DNA of 64,000 nucleotides from Escherichia coli 042 (GTDB lineage Bacteria; Pseudomonadota; Gammaproteobacteria; Enterobacterales; Enterobacteriaceae): NCBI RefSeq assembly GCF_000027125.1, contig NC_017626.1; one strand, 5' to 3'. Shown piece by piece: positions 21,652 to 31,981 of this stretch (position 1 is its first letter; each line of letters starts with the position of its first letter). The notes under the pieces were generated by a model. It saw only the letters and a program-made list of their open reading frames with translations, ran no database searches and was not told where the DNA came from. The position numbers and the translations under genes were made by a program.

Positions 21652-22212
21652 ATGATAATTAACATCCTTTTTAGATTGCTGCTTACATTCAATGCCACTT
21701 CTTTGTTGATAATTATATTTTTGGTGCAAAGGAAATATACGTTGTTTTACTTTTTTCAGCATGAACAGAGTTTACAGTGGTTAAGTGGTATTCCTCAGGT
21801 AGGGTCGTATCTTTTTTATTTTTTAATACCTGTTGTTTTGACTAAAGTCAGTCTTGTGCTTAGTGCTGCGCTGGGAAAAGATGAGTTTAAAAAAGGTGAG
21901 GTGATTTCAGTTGAGCATGCGAATAACTCTTTTTTACCGAGTTATCTGGGGTACTTTTTTGTTGCCCTGAGTATAAATAACTGGGGGGCGTTGTTCTTTG
22001 TTTATGGAGTGCTGTTTATTTTTACATTTTTATCTCAGGCCTTATATTTCAATCCTTTGTTTCTTGTTTTCAGGTATGAGTTTTATAATATTAAGACAAA
22101 AACAGGAGCGTCGATTTTTCTTATCAGTCCTTATAGGTATAAAGTACCGCAAGATATTGTAGTGCCCATGGCTTTCAGGATTAATAACTATACCTTTATC
22201 GAAAGGAAATAA
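21652..22212 (+). CDS. Hypothetical polytopic membrane protein
   Basis: 186 aa; about four hydrophobic helices; AT-rich; 2-bp gap to next gene. Confidence 0.55.
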   Translation: MIINILFRLLLTFNATSLLIIIFLVQRKYTLFYFFQHEQSLQWLSGIPQVGSYLFYFLIPVVLTKVSLVLSAALGKDEFKKGEVISVEHANNSFLPSYLGYFFVALSINNWGALFFVYGVLFIFTFLSQALYFNPLFLVFRYEFYNIKTKTGASIFLISPYRYKVPQDIVVPMAFRINNYTFIERK

Positions 22213-22214
22213 GA

Positions 22215-23045
22215 ATGGATAATGTATTTGTTAAAGCAAAAGGTCTCAGGAAAAAACCATATTTTAAGATTGTCTCAGATCATACCCTTTTTGAAAGGGT
22301 TGATCTGTCAGTGTGTTCATTGGTTCCGTATGCACCGGATCATAATCTTGATGAAGATTCCTGGTTTAGTCTCAGTGAATTTAGTAAACGGGAATACTGC
22401 CCATCCTTTTTGAAAGATGAGTTTGATTCAAAAAATTATGATGAATTGCCTAAAAAATATTTTTCAAAGATAGCATTTATTTTTTCATTTCAAAGTGGTG
22501 ACTTTTATTTTCAGAAGGTAACACCATCATTATATCTCAAGAAAAAAATGATCGAACTTGGTGATAGAGCAAAGATAGAGAGCGGGAAGAATCGTCTGGT
22601 TGTTAACCAGACCCCGGATGCAGTATATCTTGCTGCAAAAGACACGCTTATATTTAAATCCTTGTCAGCCATTTCTTCCATGTTTAATGGTATCGATACT
22701 CTTTATAAAGAGGCAACAGAACAGGATGTTGAACAGTTTCTGGGGGAGTCGTTTATTGCTCTCTCTGGTGAATATAAAGCATGTAATGTTTCAAAACCAA
22801 ACAGAAAAAGAATAGCGTTAGCGATGGATACGTTAAACCAAATGGATGTAAGTGACAGGGGGAATATGCTAACTTATATAAATGATTATTGCTCTGAAAA
22901 ATTAAAGTTTGATGATGGCACTGGCTGTTTCGAAATTTCTTGTGACGAAGAGCTTAAACTTTTGCTGTATGGTATCGAAGAGAGATATTACACAACTCGA
23001 TTTGGTAATGAAAAAAGGTTGGCCAACTCGATACAAAAATTATGA
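22215..23045 (+). CDS. Hypothetical soluble protein
   Basis: 276 aa; AT-rich; no motif recognised; tightly linked to the upstream membrane gene and downstream ibrA-like gene. Confidence 0.55.
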   Translation: MDNVFVKAKGLRKKPYFKIVSDHTLFERVDLSVCSLVPYAPDHNLDEDSWFSLSEFSKREYCPSFLKDEFDSKNYDELPKKYFSKIAFIFSFQSGDFYFQKVTPSLYLKKKMIELGDRAKIESGKNRLVVNQTPDAVYLAAKDTLIFKSLSAISSMFNGIDTLYKEATEQDVEQFLGESFIALSGEYKACNVSKPNRKRIALAMDTLNQMDVSDRGNMLTYINDYCSEKLKFDDGTGCFEISCDEELKLLLYGIEERYYTTRFGNEKRLANSIQKL

Positions 23046-23085
23046 ATTGTTTTATATCAAGGGATGCAGATAATATTGTTCAGTA

Positions 23086-24318
23086 ATGCGTGATCATTTA
23101 ATGACAGACAAAATTTGGCTTTGTACTAATGTTCTGCGTGCAGCAATTGCTCGTATTGAGTGGATTTTTGAAACATTTCCATCAGTTTGTCTCTCTTTTT
23201 CCGGTGGTAAAGATTCCACCGTGCTTTTCCATCTTTTGGCTGATGTGGCCCGCAGGAAAAAACGTCGTTTCTCTGTACTGTTCATTGACTGGGAGGCTCA
23301 GTACCAGTGCACCATTGAACATATTCAGAAGATGCGGGAAATGTACCATGATGTGACGGAAACCTTTTACTGGGTGGCACTTCCCCTGACCACGGTAAAC
23401 GGTGTTTCTCAGTTTCAGCCGGAGTGGATATGCTGGGAGTCTGGTGTGAAGTGGGTTCGCCAGCCACCGGAGGGGGCCATTACAGATATGGCGTATTTTC
23501 CCTTTTACCGGTATGCCATGACGTTTGAAGAATTTGTTCCGGCATTTTCTTCCTGGTTTGCAGACAATAAATGTGGTGTGGCAGTACTGACCGGTGTCCG
23601 TGCGGATGAGTCCCTTAACCGGTTCATGGGACTGGTATCCCAGCGCAAACTGAGATACGCCGATGATAAGCCCTGGACCACGGCATCGCCTGAAGGGTTT
23701 TACTACACCATGTATCCGCTGTATGACTGGAAAACTCGTGATATCTGGATATATCACACCAGAACCCGTGCCATCTACAATCCCCTGTATGACCTGATGT
23801 ACCGTGCCGGCGTACCGTTACGCAACATGCGTGTCTGTGAACCTTTTGGTCCTGAACAACGTAAGGGACTGTGGCTTTACCATGTTCTGGAGCCGGAAAC
23901 CTGGGCCAGGATGTGTGAGCGGGTGTCAGGCGCTGCCAGCGGGGCGCTTTATGCCAATGAAAGCGGTGCCTATTTTGCCCTGCGTAAACGTATATCAAAA
24001 CCGGCCCATCATACCTGGCGCAGCTATGCGATGTTCCTGCTGGATGTGATGCCGGAAAGAACGGCAGAACATTACCGTAATAAAATTGCTGTCTACCTGC
24101 GCTGGTATCAGACGCGGGGCTTCCCGGATGACATCCCGGACGAACAGGAGAATGATCTGGGGAGCCGGGATATTCCGTCCTGGCGACGTATCTGTAAAAC
24201 ACTCATAAAGAATGATTTCTGGTGCCGGACTCTCTCCTTCAGTCCGAACAAACCCCGGCACTATGAACGTTACCTGCAGCGTATGAAGGAAAGGAGGAAT
24301 GAATGGGGGATTCTGTGA
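23086..24318 (+). CDS. ibrA: PAPS-reductase-like protein, IbrA/YbdN family
   Basis: 410 aa; PP-loop ATP pyrophosphatase motif SFSGGKDST near the N-terminus; size and pairing with a ParB-like gene match IbrA/YbdN as I recall them. Confidence 0.7.
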   Translation: MRDHLMTDKIWLCTNVLRAAIARIEWIFETFPSVCLSFSGGKDSTVLFHLLADVARRKKRRFSVLFIDWEAQYQCTIEHIQKMREMYHDVTETFYWVALPLTTVNGVSQFQPEWICWESGVKWVRQPPEGAITDMAYFPFYRYAMTFEEFVPAFSSWFADNKCGVAVLTGVRADESLNRFMGLVSQRKLRYADDKPWTTASPEGFYYTMYPLYDWKTRDIWIYHTRTRAIYNPLYDLMYRAGVPLRNMRVCEPFGPEQRKGLWLYHVLEPETWARMCERVSGAASGALYANESGAYFALRKRISKPAHHTWRSYAMFLLDVMPERTAEHYRNKIAVYLRWYQTRGFPDDIPDEQENDLGSRDIPSWRRICKTLIKNDFWCRTLSFSPNKPRHYERYLQRMKERRNEWGIL

Positions 24319-24947
24319 CACCTGAAGTGGAGGTACTGAGTGACATGATTCGTCAGTACTTCAGCCAGGAACGACCAGAAGAAGAGGCCATACAGGCCCT
24401 TAATCACCTGCGCAGGGTGCTTCATGAGGTCAGTCCTTTTGCACAGGAGCCTGTGGACTGTGTGCTGTGGGTGAAAGCGGATGAGGTGGTGGCTAACGAT
24501 TATAACCCCAATGTCATGGCGCCGGGTGAGAAGAAACTGCTGAAACATTCACTGGAGCAGGATGGGTTCACGCAGCCTGTGGTTGTCTCGGAAGAGAAAG
24601 AGCATTATCTGGTCGTGGATGGTTTTCATCGTCAGTTACTGGGCAGGGAAGCAGGTACGGGAGAACGTCTGAAGGGCTGGTTGCCAGTGACCTGTATTAA
24701 TCCGGAAAGAAAGGGACAGGCTTCACGTATTGCAGCGACCATTCGACATAACCGGGCCAGGGGTAAACACCAGATAACCTCTATGTCCGATATTGTCAGG
24801 GATCTTTCACGCCTGGGCTGGATGGATGAACGCATTGGCACTGAGCTGGGTATGGACCAGGATGAAGTACTGAGACTGAAACAGATTAGCGGGCTGACGG
24901 AATTGTTTCAGGAAGAGGACTTCAGCCCGGCATGGACGGTTCGCTGA
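24303..24947 (+). CDS. ibrB: ParB-like nuclease-domain protein, IbrB/YbdM family
   Basis: 214 aa; ParB N-terminal-like region (VANDYNPNVM, VVDGFHR); overlaps ibrA-like stop by 16 nt. Confidence 0.7.
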   Translation: MGDSVTPEVEVLSDMIRQYFSQERPEEEAIQALNHLRRVLHEVSPFAQEPVDCVLWVKADEVVANDYNPNVMAPGEKKLLKHSLEQDGFTQPVVVSEEKEHYLVVDGFHRQLLGREAGTGERLKGWLPVTCINPERKGQASRIAATIRHNRARGKHQITSMSDIVRDLSRLGWMDERIGTELGMDQDEVLRLKQISGLTELFQEEDFSPAWTVR

Positions 24948-25025
24948 GACCGTCAGGTATGTATATTATTTCAGTGAGTTGATGTTTTGAGCAGGAAAAA
25001 GAGTCCCCCGGAAGTCGTGGAAGAC

Positions 25026-25295
25026 ATGGTTGCGCAAAAACTGGAGGCTGCTGGTTGCTGGCGCAGAGCTTCTGCCCGCTGGCTTTTTGTTATGGGAAAT
25101 GTTGAATGTACAGAAGCACAACGGGAGTGGTTGTTGTTGCGCAGGAATTATTGCCTGGCGCAGATATCGTCCCCGCCGCTACCTGAAAAGCTGGATATCA
25201 GCGAAGTGGCGAAAGCTGCAGATGCCACGCTGAGGAGAATGGGGATTGCCAGTCCGTCCGGGGAGGTATTCAGAAAAGGTACACCGGTCTGTTGA
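25026..25295 (+). CDS. Small hypothetical protein
   Basis: ~90 aa from ATG 25026; no recognisable motif; weak support. Confidence 0.3.
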   Translation: MVAQKLEAAGCWRRASARWLFVMGNVECTEAQREWLLLRRNYCLAQISSPPLPEKLDISEVAKAADATLRRMGIASPSGEVFRKGTPVC

Positions 25296-25315
25296 TATTC
25301 ATGTAACAGGTATTA

Positions 25316-25960
25316 ATGATGAAGAAAGGAATGGCAAACAGTATATCAATGACATGGCAACTTTTATGCGATGATCACGGTTTTACCCGGGAGCACTACA
25401 ATCAGCTGAAGAAGTTCAGCCCGGAGGCATTACGTGAAATTATTGCTGAAATAGCCTGCTGCCATCCGTCAACCAGTATATTGCTCAGGAATAAGTGGTT
25501 GACACCGCCGGAGGATATTCCGGAGCAGGTTACCCGTGAATACGAACGAAGAATACAGAACTGTCCATCTTTCAGGAGCGAGAAGGAAGCGGAATCCTGG
25601 CTAAATGAACTGTTTTTTGCTGTGATTGCGCCGCTATACCGGGTTGTCCCCGGACAATCAGAACAGGTTGAATCCTTTGTTCTGCAGCTTATTGCTGAGC
25701 AGGAGCGGGTTTGGGAGCTTATTTTAACCAATGATGGTTATTCATGGCATTGCGCACTTTATGATATATTATTTCATCTGGTTTTACGAAATATGGAAGG
25801 CCAGCCTGAACATCAGAGACAGCGAATAACAAAAATACTTAATGAGTCCAATACAAGACGGGTTGCAGAAGAGATTAAATTCCGGATTCAATATCTTCAG
25901 GATGAAGAACAAAAGAGAGTTTTAAGTGAACTGGTAAATGTCCTGACTTCAAAAAGATAA
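25316..25960 (+). CDS. Hypothetical protein
   Basis: 214 aa ORF with no overlapping larger frame; no recognisable motif. Confidence 0.45.
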   Translation: MMKKGMANSISMTWQLLCDDHGFTREHYNQLKKFSPEALREIIAEIACCHPSTSILLRNKWLTPPEDIPEQVTREYERRIQNCPSFRSEKEAESWLNELFFAVIAPLYRVVPGQSEQVESFVLQLIAEQERVWELILTNDGYSWHCALYDILFHLVLRNMEGQPEHQRQRITKILNESNTRRVAEEIKFRIQYLQDEEQKRVLSELVNVLTSKR

Positions 25961-26140
25961 AACATGCCGGAGTAATTTTTTCTATATGTTAATAAAACAG
26001 GTGCGTATTACCATAAAGGAGATCGGTGAGTAACCGTTATTGGATGATCTCCTTCCATAAAAATACGCGCAATCTAACGGTTCGCTCTGTGCCAAAAAAA
26101 GACATTGCTCACAATATCGAGTTAATCATTCGGCCGTTGA

Positions 26141-26372
26141 ACATTCCCATTGAAAAATTTCTCAGTATAGAATATACCAATGTTGAGGGCATTCCTCTTA
26201 CATCTCGAAGGATAACTATCATGGGTCTTAAACTAGGTCCAAAACCAATTGCTAAGTCGACAGGAAAACCGGATCAACGCCGACGCGATAATAAAGATAC
26301 TCCTGGCAATACCTCGGGACTAAAGCCAAGTAAGTCCACAGGTAAGTAAAAAAATAAGGATATAAATAAGCT
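26141..26372 (+). repeat. ~230 bp dispersed repeat, copy 1 (carries an intact 42-codon Lys/Pro/Gly-rich ORF)
   Basis: Aligns by eye to 53421-53651 at high identity; encodes MGLKLGPKPIAKSTGKPDQRRRDNKDTPGNTSGLKPSKSTGK; abuts an IS fragment at 26380. Confidence 0.8.
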
Positions 26373-26379
26373 GTGTGAT

Positions 26380-26900
26380 TCATAGACATCGTTTTAATTT
26401 TCTCAGTTCAAGTTCAAGCTTGTAATTCTGTTCCTGTATATGCTCTTCATTGGGCTGATAGTTTGCATGAACGGCATCAGAGTATGGTGTTTTCTCAGCA
26501 AGTTCAAAGTAGCGTTCCATCGGAGTTTTACCGTTGTGAGCGCTATGAGGACGTTCCCAGTTATAGTAATCTGCCATTCTGCCAGCAGTTCCTTCAGGTC
26601 ATCAGCAGAAAGATCTACGGTAGCGTAAAATTCAGCTTTGTCTGTCTTTTGGGAACGTTCAACCTTTCCGTTAAGATGAGGCGACGCTGGCTTATTTGGA
26701 CGAAACTTGATGCCGTATTCTTTTAATCTTTCCTGCACTTTAACGGCAAAAAATTCTCTTCCCCGGTCTGTCTGAAAGCGCTGTATCGGGAAAGGCATTT
26801 CTTCAATAACACAATCAATAAAATCCAGTGTGTTTGCCGCCGTGCGACGAGAGTAGAGCCTCAGGATTCTGTAGCGAGTGCAATCATCAACAGATGTGTA
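26380..26900 (-). pseudogene. IS transposase fragment (integrase-core, rve-like), truncated and frameshifted
   Basis: Minus-strand pieces contain FQTDRGREF and YNWERPHSAHNGKTP integrase-core motifs split across frames; an in-frame stop interrupts the upstream part. Confidence 0.7.
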
Positions 26901-26969
26901 CTGATATAAGCCGGGCCAATTTTACAGGTATTCATCTGAACCCGATCACCGGGAACAGGGCAATGCGAT

Positions 26970-27660
26970 ATGGCGCTAGCGGGTGGCTTCACGTTTCGCA
27001 TGGAGGATCAGCGCAGCTATGAATCGCACGGTGATGGGCTGCAATCAGAGGATGGCCTGATTCATACTTTTGACGTGCAGGCGAGCAGCAGTGGTTTGGG
27101 CATGGTGCTGCTTGATACGCTTACAGGAAGTGGCTTACACCCCGCGTCACGGGCGTTTCTCCGCCCCGGTGCGTAAGTGTGTCATCGCAGAGAATTGCAC
27201 CCAGTTAGCCCGACAACTCCGCGATGCACCGATGGTGGTGGCAACCACGGGTTGCACGATCTACTGGAGATTGGGGCACCGTTTCGTTGTTGCACTCGAG
27301 ACGCTTAGTGACTGGCTGGCGTGCTCTGAGGTGTTGTTGCAGGCGGTGGGGCAATTGCTTGAGCATTTTCCGCTCGAACCAGCCTGTCTGCAAGCTCTCT
27401 CTCCGGCACAACGGACGTTTATCAGTCAATATGCGCTGATCGCGTTGATTGACGAACAAGAAAAGTTGGATGTGGTGCTATGCTGCTGCCGTACTACGAA
27501 GAGACTGCACACTAGAGCAAGCATGGCACAGGTTGAATGCGGGCCAACCGTTTGATGATGTGCCGACGAATCCTTTCTTACAGCCTGATGTCTGCTCTTT
27601 GACGCTGGACGACGCGGCGAGTGATGCCAATCGCACCGTGCTAAATAACAGATCCTAATG
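26970..27660 (+). pseudogene. GC-rich fragment of an unidentified gene, apparently frameshifted
   Basis: Three consecutive + ORFs in different frames (26970-27176, 27070-27555, 27449-27658), bounded by IS remnants; identity not recognised. Confidence 0.3.
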
Positions 27661-28700
27661 CCACTACACTTTAGCCAGCCCATGTTTTCCACCGGGGAAT
27701 GGGCTGGCGGTATCCATAAAGTGACGAACCTTTTTCAACAACAGCCACATTGAACGGCACTGCTGATTTCGGGTTATTGTCTCATGAAGCGACTGCCACA
27801 ACCCTTCGACATGATTCACCCACGGCGAGTAAACTGGTTGATAAATCACCCTGAACTTCGTGTTTGCTTTCAGCCAGCGCAACGTTTCACGGCTTTTGTG
27901 GATGATGTAGTTATCGACAATGAGCGTAATCGTCTTTACGCCTTCAGATGTTTTAACAGTCTGATAAATAAGGATGAACCTTTACTGTTTCCACCAATGT
28001 AGCTGACTTTACCCGTACCGATGTGCAGTGCACCGGCAAGATAATACTTTTCATTCTGGCCCGGTGTGACAACGCGCTTTTGCTGCCCGCGTAACTGCCA
28101 GTCAGCACCGATTTTCAGGTTGAGATGAATATCCACTCATCTTCGTAAAACACGGGGTTTTCCGCACTGCATTTCGCCAGCGTTTCATGAATAGCGGCCA
28201 TTTTTTCTTCTTTGTGGGGGGCACGGATACGCGGTGTCGACGCGGCTCTGCGCTATACCAGTCCGGCAGCAGGTAACCATCGCCGGATGGTTGGAGCATG
28301 TAGCGGGCAACCGGTGACATCACGGATTTTTATCGCCAGAAGTTCGGTACTCCAGCGGGAACGCTGATAACCTAAATCGCCAGGAGAATGCTTAACAGCT
28401 CACGCAGCAATGCGCAAATATGTTCAAACGGCCAGCGCCTCCCACGTCCTGACGGCAATGACTTCAGGCCTTCAACACCCGACAGCGTGAACCAGTTAAT
28501 CCAGCGACCAATCGATGAACGGGCACAGCAGAGCGTTCTGGCAACATAACTGACGGTGTCACCACGATGCAGCATCAGCATGGCGGTGAGCCGCCGGGCG
28601 TGGTTTTTGTCCTTTGTTTTATGGATAGTTTTCTGCATCAGGCGTCGTTCTGTTCTGGGGATTGGTGTTATGATCGGCATCGCTCAGTCCGGTTGGTGAT
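27640..28700 (-). mobile_element. IS630-family element with transposase split into four ORFs
   Basis: Minus-strand ORFs 28372-28680 (N-terminal HTH-like), 28102-28323, 27936-28136 and 27664-27882 (C-terminal) together resemble one IS630/Tc1-type transposase; boundaries approximate. Confidence 0.7.
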
Positions 28701-29075
28701 TTTTTCTTTTTGGCGATTGATCAGATCGCACAATCCGGGCTGAGTTCCCTCAAAGTGACCTACTATTCCGCGCAGCTATTTAGTTAGTAAATACGAAAAA
28801 TTATATAGAGTTATATCATTAATCAGCAAAAATGTATCACATGCTCACTTTCTTTTTATGGTATCACTATATAGAATCCATGAATATAACAAGAGATTGA
28901 TACAATCTTTTGCCAAAGATATAACTTTATATCAGATATTTTCACTTTCGAAAACATCTGTGCGGTAGCTATGGTATTTAGGTCATATAATTATGCTATG
29001 TTCATCAATATTATGATAGTAGATTATAGTGTTCTTAATAAAAAAGAATTTAAAAGCTGTTTGTAGGATAGAAAC
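28701..29075. promoter_or_regulatory. AT-rich intergenic region upstream of tssB, probable promoter region
   Basis: ~375 bp very AT-rich non-coding stretch before the first gene of the second T6SS locus; no specific -35/-10 assigned. Confidence 0.3.
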
Positions 29076-29552
29076 ATGAGCAATACACAACATAAACTTG
29101 ATAAAACCCGCCCCCCACGAGTACAGATAACGTATGATGTTGAAACCGGAGATGCTGAAACTGCGAAAGAGTTACCCCTTGTCATCGGGGTTTTGGGTGA
29201 GTACTCTTCGTCAGAAAAACCATTGAGAGAACGAAAATTCATTAGTATAGATAAAGACAATTTTGATGAAGTTATGGCATCAATGAGTCCGACTGCTCAT
29301 TTTATGGTGGACAGTGTTATCCCGGGAAATGAAGGAAAACTGGATGTCGAACTGAGGTTTAGTTGCAAAGATGATTTTTCTCCCGATAATGTGATTCAAC
29401 AGGTTGAGTGTCTAAGAAAATTATCGGAATTGAGGTTGCATCTTTGTGACCTACGAAACAGGGCTGCAAGTAATGAGAAACTGAAAGAAAAACTTCAGGA
29501 ATTGCTGGTGACTACTAATGGCAATCCTGAAAACGATGAAAGTAAGGAATAA
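29076..29552 (+). CDS. tssB: TssB small sheath subunit
   Basis: 158 aa; N-terminus RPPRVQITYDVETGDAETAKELPLVIGVLGEYS typical of TssB/VipA. Confidence 0.85.
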   Translation: MSNTQHKLDKTRPPRVQITYDVETGDAETAKELPLVIGVLGEYSSSEKPLRERKFISIDKDNFDEVMASMSPTAHFMVDSVIPGNEGKLDVELRFSCKDDFSPDNVIQQVECLRKLSELRLHLCDLRNRAASNEKLKEKLQELLVTTNGNPENDESKE

Positions 29553-29554
29553 AC

Positions 29555-31033
29555 ATGACAGTTGCATCAACATTAGGGCTGAATGAAACTCAGTATGCTA
29601 CAGATGATTGTCTTGAAGAGATTATAAATAATACCAGAGCTGTGAGACAGGATTCTGAAAAGACCAGGTTTAAACTACAGATTAATAATTTCCTTGCTGA
29701 AGTTGCCAGTGGTTCTTTGGTCATTAACAGCGATTTAATCGGTAGTATTGAAAAGCGGATTGCTGATATTGATAAGTTGATGTCTGAGCAGCTTAGTCTG
29801 ATTATGCATGCGACTGAATTTCAAAAAATAGAATCAGCATGGACGGGACTTTATAAGCTGGTTCAGGCCAGCGTTACTGAAAATGTAAAATACACGGTGT
29901 TACACTGTACTAAAAAGGAATTGCTCAAAGACTTCAAGTCAGCCTCAGATTTCGATCAGTCTGTCTTATTTAAGAATATTTATGAAAGCGAGTATGGAAC
30001 GTTCGGGGGAACACCGTATTCTGCTTTTGTTGGTGATTTCTATTTTGATAATACACCGCAGGATATTGATTTGCTGGAGCATATTTCCCATGTTGCTGCC
30101 AGTGCTCATGCCCCGTTTCTGAGTGCTATTGCTCCGGGTATGTTGTCCATGAGTTCATTTAGCGAATTACCCTACCCGCGTGATCTGGCAAAATTGTTTG
30201 AGACAACAGATTATGCCCGTTGGCGTAGTTTCAGGCAGACAGATGACAGTCGTTATGTGGGATTGACTTTGCCACAGTCTCTGGGGCGTATTCCATATGG
30301 CATGAAGACTATACCTGCCGAAACGTTTAATTTTGAAGAGCACATTAGTGAAGATAACTCAGGCAAAGACTATCTGTGGGTAAATACAGCTTTTGAACTT
30401 GCCTGCCGGATAGTTGATGCTTTTGAGGAGTATGGCTGGTGTGCAGCAATTCGGGGCGTGGAAGGTGGCGGTTTGGTTAAATCATTGCCGGCCTATAATT
30501 ATGTATCCCATACAGGTGAGCGACTTTTACAATGTCCGACGGAGGTTGCTATCTCAGACCGTCGGGAAAAAGAATTGTCAGATCTCGGTTTTATTCCTCT
30601 GGTTTATTGTAAAGGTACTGATTTTGCGGCATTTTTCGCTGTTCAGTCGGTAAACAAAGCACGACTGTATAATACTGATCAGGCTAATGCGAATGCAAAA
30701 TTATCCAGTCAGCTTCAGTATATATTAGCAACATCACGATTCGCACATTATCTTAAAGTGATTGTTCGTGACAAAGTTGGAAGCTTTATGTCGAGGACAG
30801 AATGTCAGACATATCTGCAAAACTGGATCATGCAATATGTTGTGGCATCAGATAACGCTGGTCAGGAGACAAAGGCTCGTTATCCATTACGTGAGGCATC
30901 TGTTGAAGTTATTGAAGTCCCTGGAAGTCCGGGAAATTATCGTGCAATTGCATGGATTAAACCTCATTTTCAGCTTGAGGGTTTAAGTATGTCATTGCGT
31001 CTTGTTGCTGATTTACCATCAAGTGTAAGTTAA
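29555..31033 (+). CDS. tssC: TssC large sheath subunit
   Basis: 492 aa; immediately after tssB with a 2-bp gap; size and position typical of TssC/VipB. Confidence 0.85.
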   Translation: MTVASTLGLNETQYATDDCLEEIINNTRAVRQDSEKTRFKLQINNFLAEVASGSLVINSDLIGSIEKRIADIDKLMSEQLSLIMHATEFQKIESAWTGLYKLVQASVTENVKYTVLHCTKKELLKDFKSASDFDQSVLFKNIYESEYGTFGGTPYSAFVGDFYFDNTPQDIDLLEHISHVAASAHAPFLSAIAPGMLSMSSFSELPYPRDLAKLFETTDYARWRSFRQTDDSRYVGLTLPQSLGRIPYGMKTIPAETFNFEEHISEDNSGKDYLWVNTAFELACRIVDAFEEYGWCAAIRGVEGGGLVKSLPAYNYVSHTGERLLQCPTEVAISDRREKELSDLGFIPLVYCKGTDFAAFFAVQSVNKARLYNTDQANANAKLSSQLQYILATSRFAHYLKVIVRDKVGSFMSRTECQTYLQNWIMQYVVASDNAGQETKARYPLREASVEVIEVPGSPGNYRAIAWIKPHFQLEGLSMSLRLVADLPSSVS

Positions 31034-31042
31034 GAGGTTATT

Positions 31043-31549
31043 ATGGTCGGAGTTATGAGTAATTCTTCTGCTCTTAGCAGGGAGTTTGTCAAAATAGAGA
31101 TAGGTGGAAAAGTTATAAAGGGAAATTCAAAAGTTGAAAACAGTGGTGACTACTTTGATGGACATTGTCCTCAGGCATTTCACGCTTTTTCAGGAATTGA
31201 CGGTACTGTTTTTGATTTAATTAATTTGAAGCTTAGGGTTACTAAACACATACAAGACCTTCTGGAGAACTTTTTTAAGAGAGGTGAAAAAGAAGTTAAA
31301 ATAGAAATTTTACGTAGGGAATCAACTAAATCAGGTAGTGCATACTCATCATTTAAGGTTGTTTATCAGGGGTGTCGTATGCATAATATGTTGTTGGCTC
31401 ATGATAATGATTCAAATCTCATTCTGGAATTGTCGTTTACCCCAGAAGAGAGTGTCTCAATTGAGATGAATATTCCGTCAGATGATGGAAAAAGTACGGA
31501 GAAATTGGGACCAATGACGTACAACTTATATAAAGAGGCTCTTGTATAA
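31043..31549 (+). CDS. hcp: Hcp-like tube protein (divergent)
   Basis: 168 aa ORF between tssC and tssE; call rests on size and position; canonical Hcp N-terminal motif not obvious. Confidence 0.5.
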   Translation: MVGVMSNSSALSREFVKIEIGGKVIKGNSKVENSGDYFDGHCPQAFHAFSGIDGTVFDLINLKLRVTKHIQDLLENFFKRGEKEVKIEILRRESTKSGSAYSSFKVVYQGCRMHNMLLAHDNDSNLILELSFTPEESVSIEMNIPSDDGKSTEKLGPMTYNLYKEALV

Positions 31550-31558
31550 GAATACTGA

Positions 31559-31981
31559 ATGCATTCGTTTCTTCAGTTCTTACGTGATGATAATCCGGGC
31601 TCTCTGGAAGATCATCTGAATTTTGTTCCTTCAGATGATCTGAAATATGAGCTCGGGATGTTATTATCATCACGACCTTTATACCTTGAAACAGATGAGC
31701 TGCCGTTTGTTAGTAGTTCTGTCCTGAACTATGGCATAAAGTCATCAGTATTTGTAGTTTCTGCAGGTGAACATAGTGATTCTGTTAATGATGAAATTTC
31801 TTCAAGAATATTGATGATGCTCCAGCGTTATGAGTCCCGGCTGGAGGAACCAGTTGTTGAATATCTTTCCAGTGATGATAATTATTCTTTCTTTTCAGTT
31901 ACAGCCCTGTTCTTTATGGACATGGTAAGACTCTGTATTAAATGGGATAAGAACTCAGGAGAATTTTCACTGGATGAATAA
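31559..31981 (+). CDS. tssE: TssE (gp25-like) baseplate protein
   Basis: 140 aa; gp25-like elements (LNYGI, RILMMLQRYESRLEEP); precedes tssF. Confidence 0.6.
   Translation: MHSFLQFLRDDNPGSLEDHLNFVPSDDLKYELGMLLSSRPLYLETDELPFVSSSVLNYGIKSSVFVVSAGEHSDSVNDEISSRILMMLQRYESRLEEPVVEYLSSDDNYSFFSVTALFFMDMVRLCIKWDKNSGEFSLDE

Noticed and set aside
21440-29075. Prophage carrying ibrAB
   Set aside because: No integrase, capsid, terminase, tail or lysis genes recognised in the window; only IS debris.
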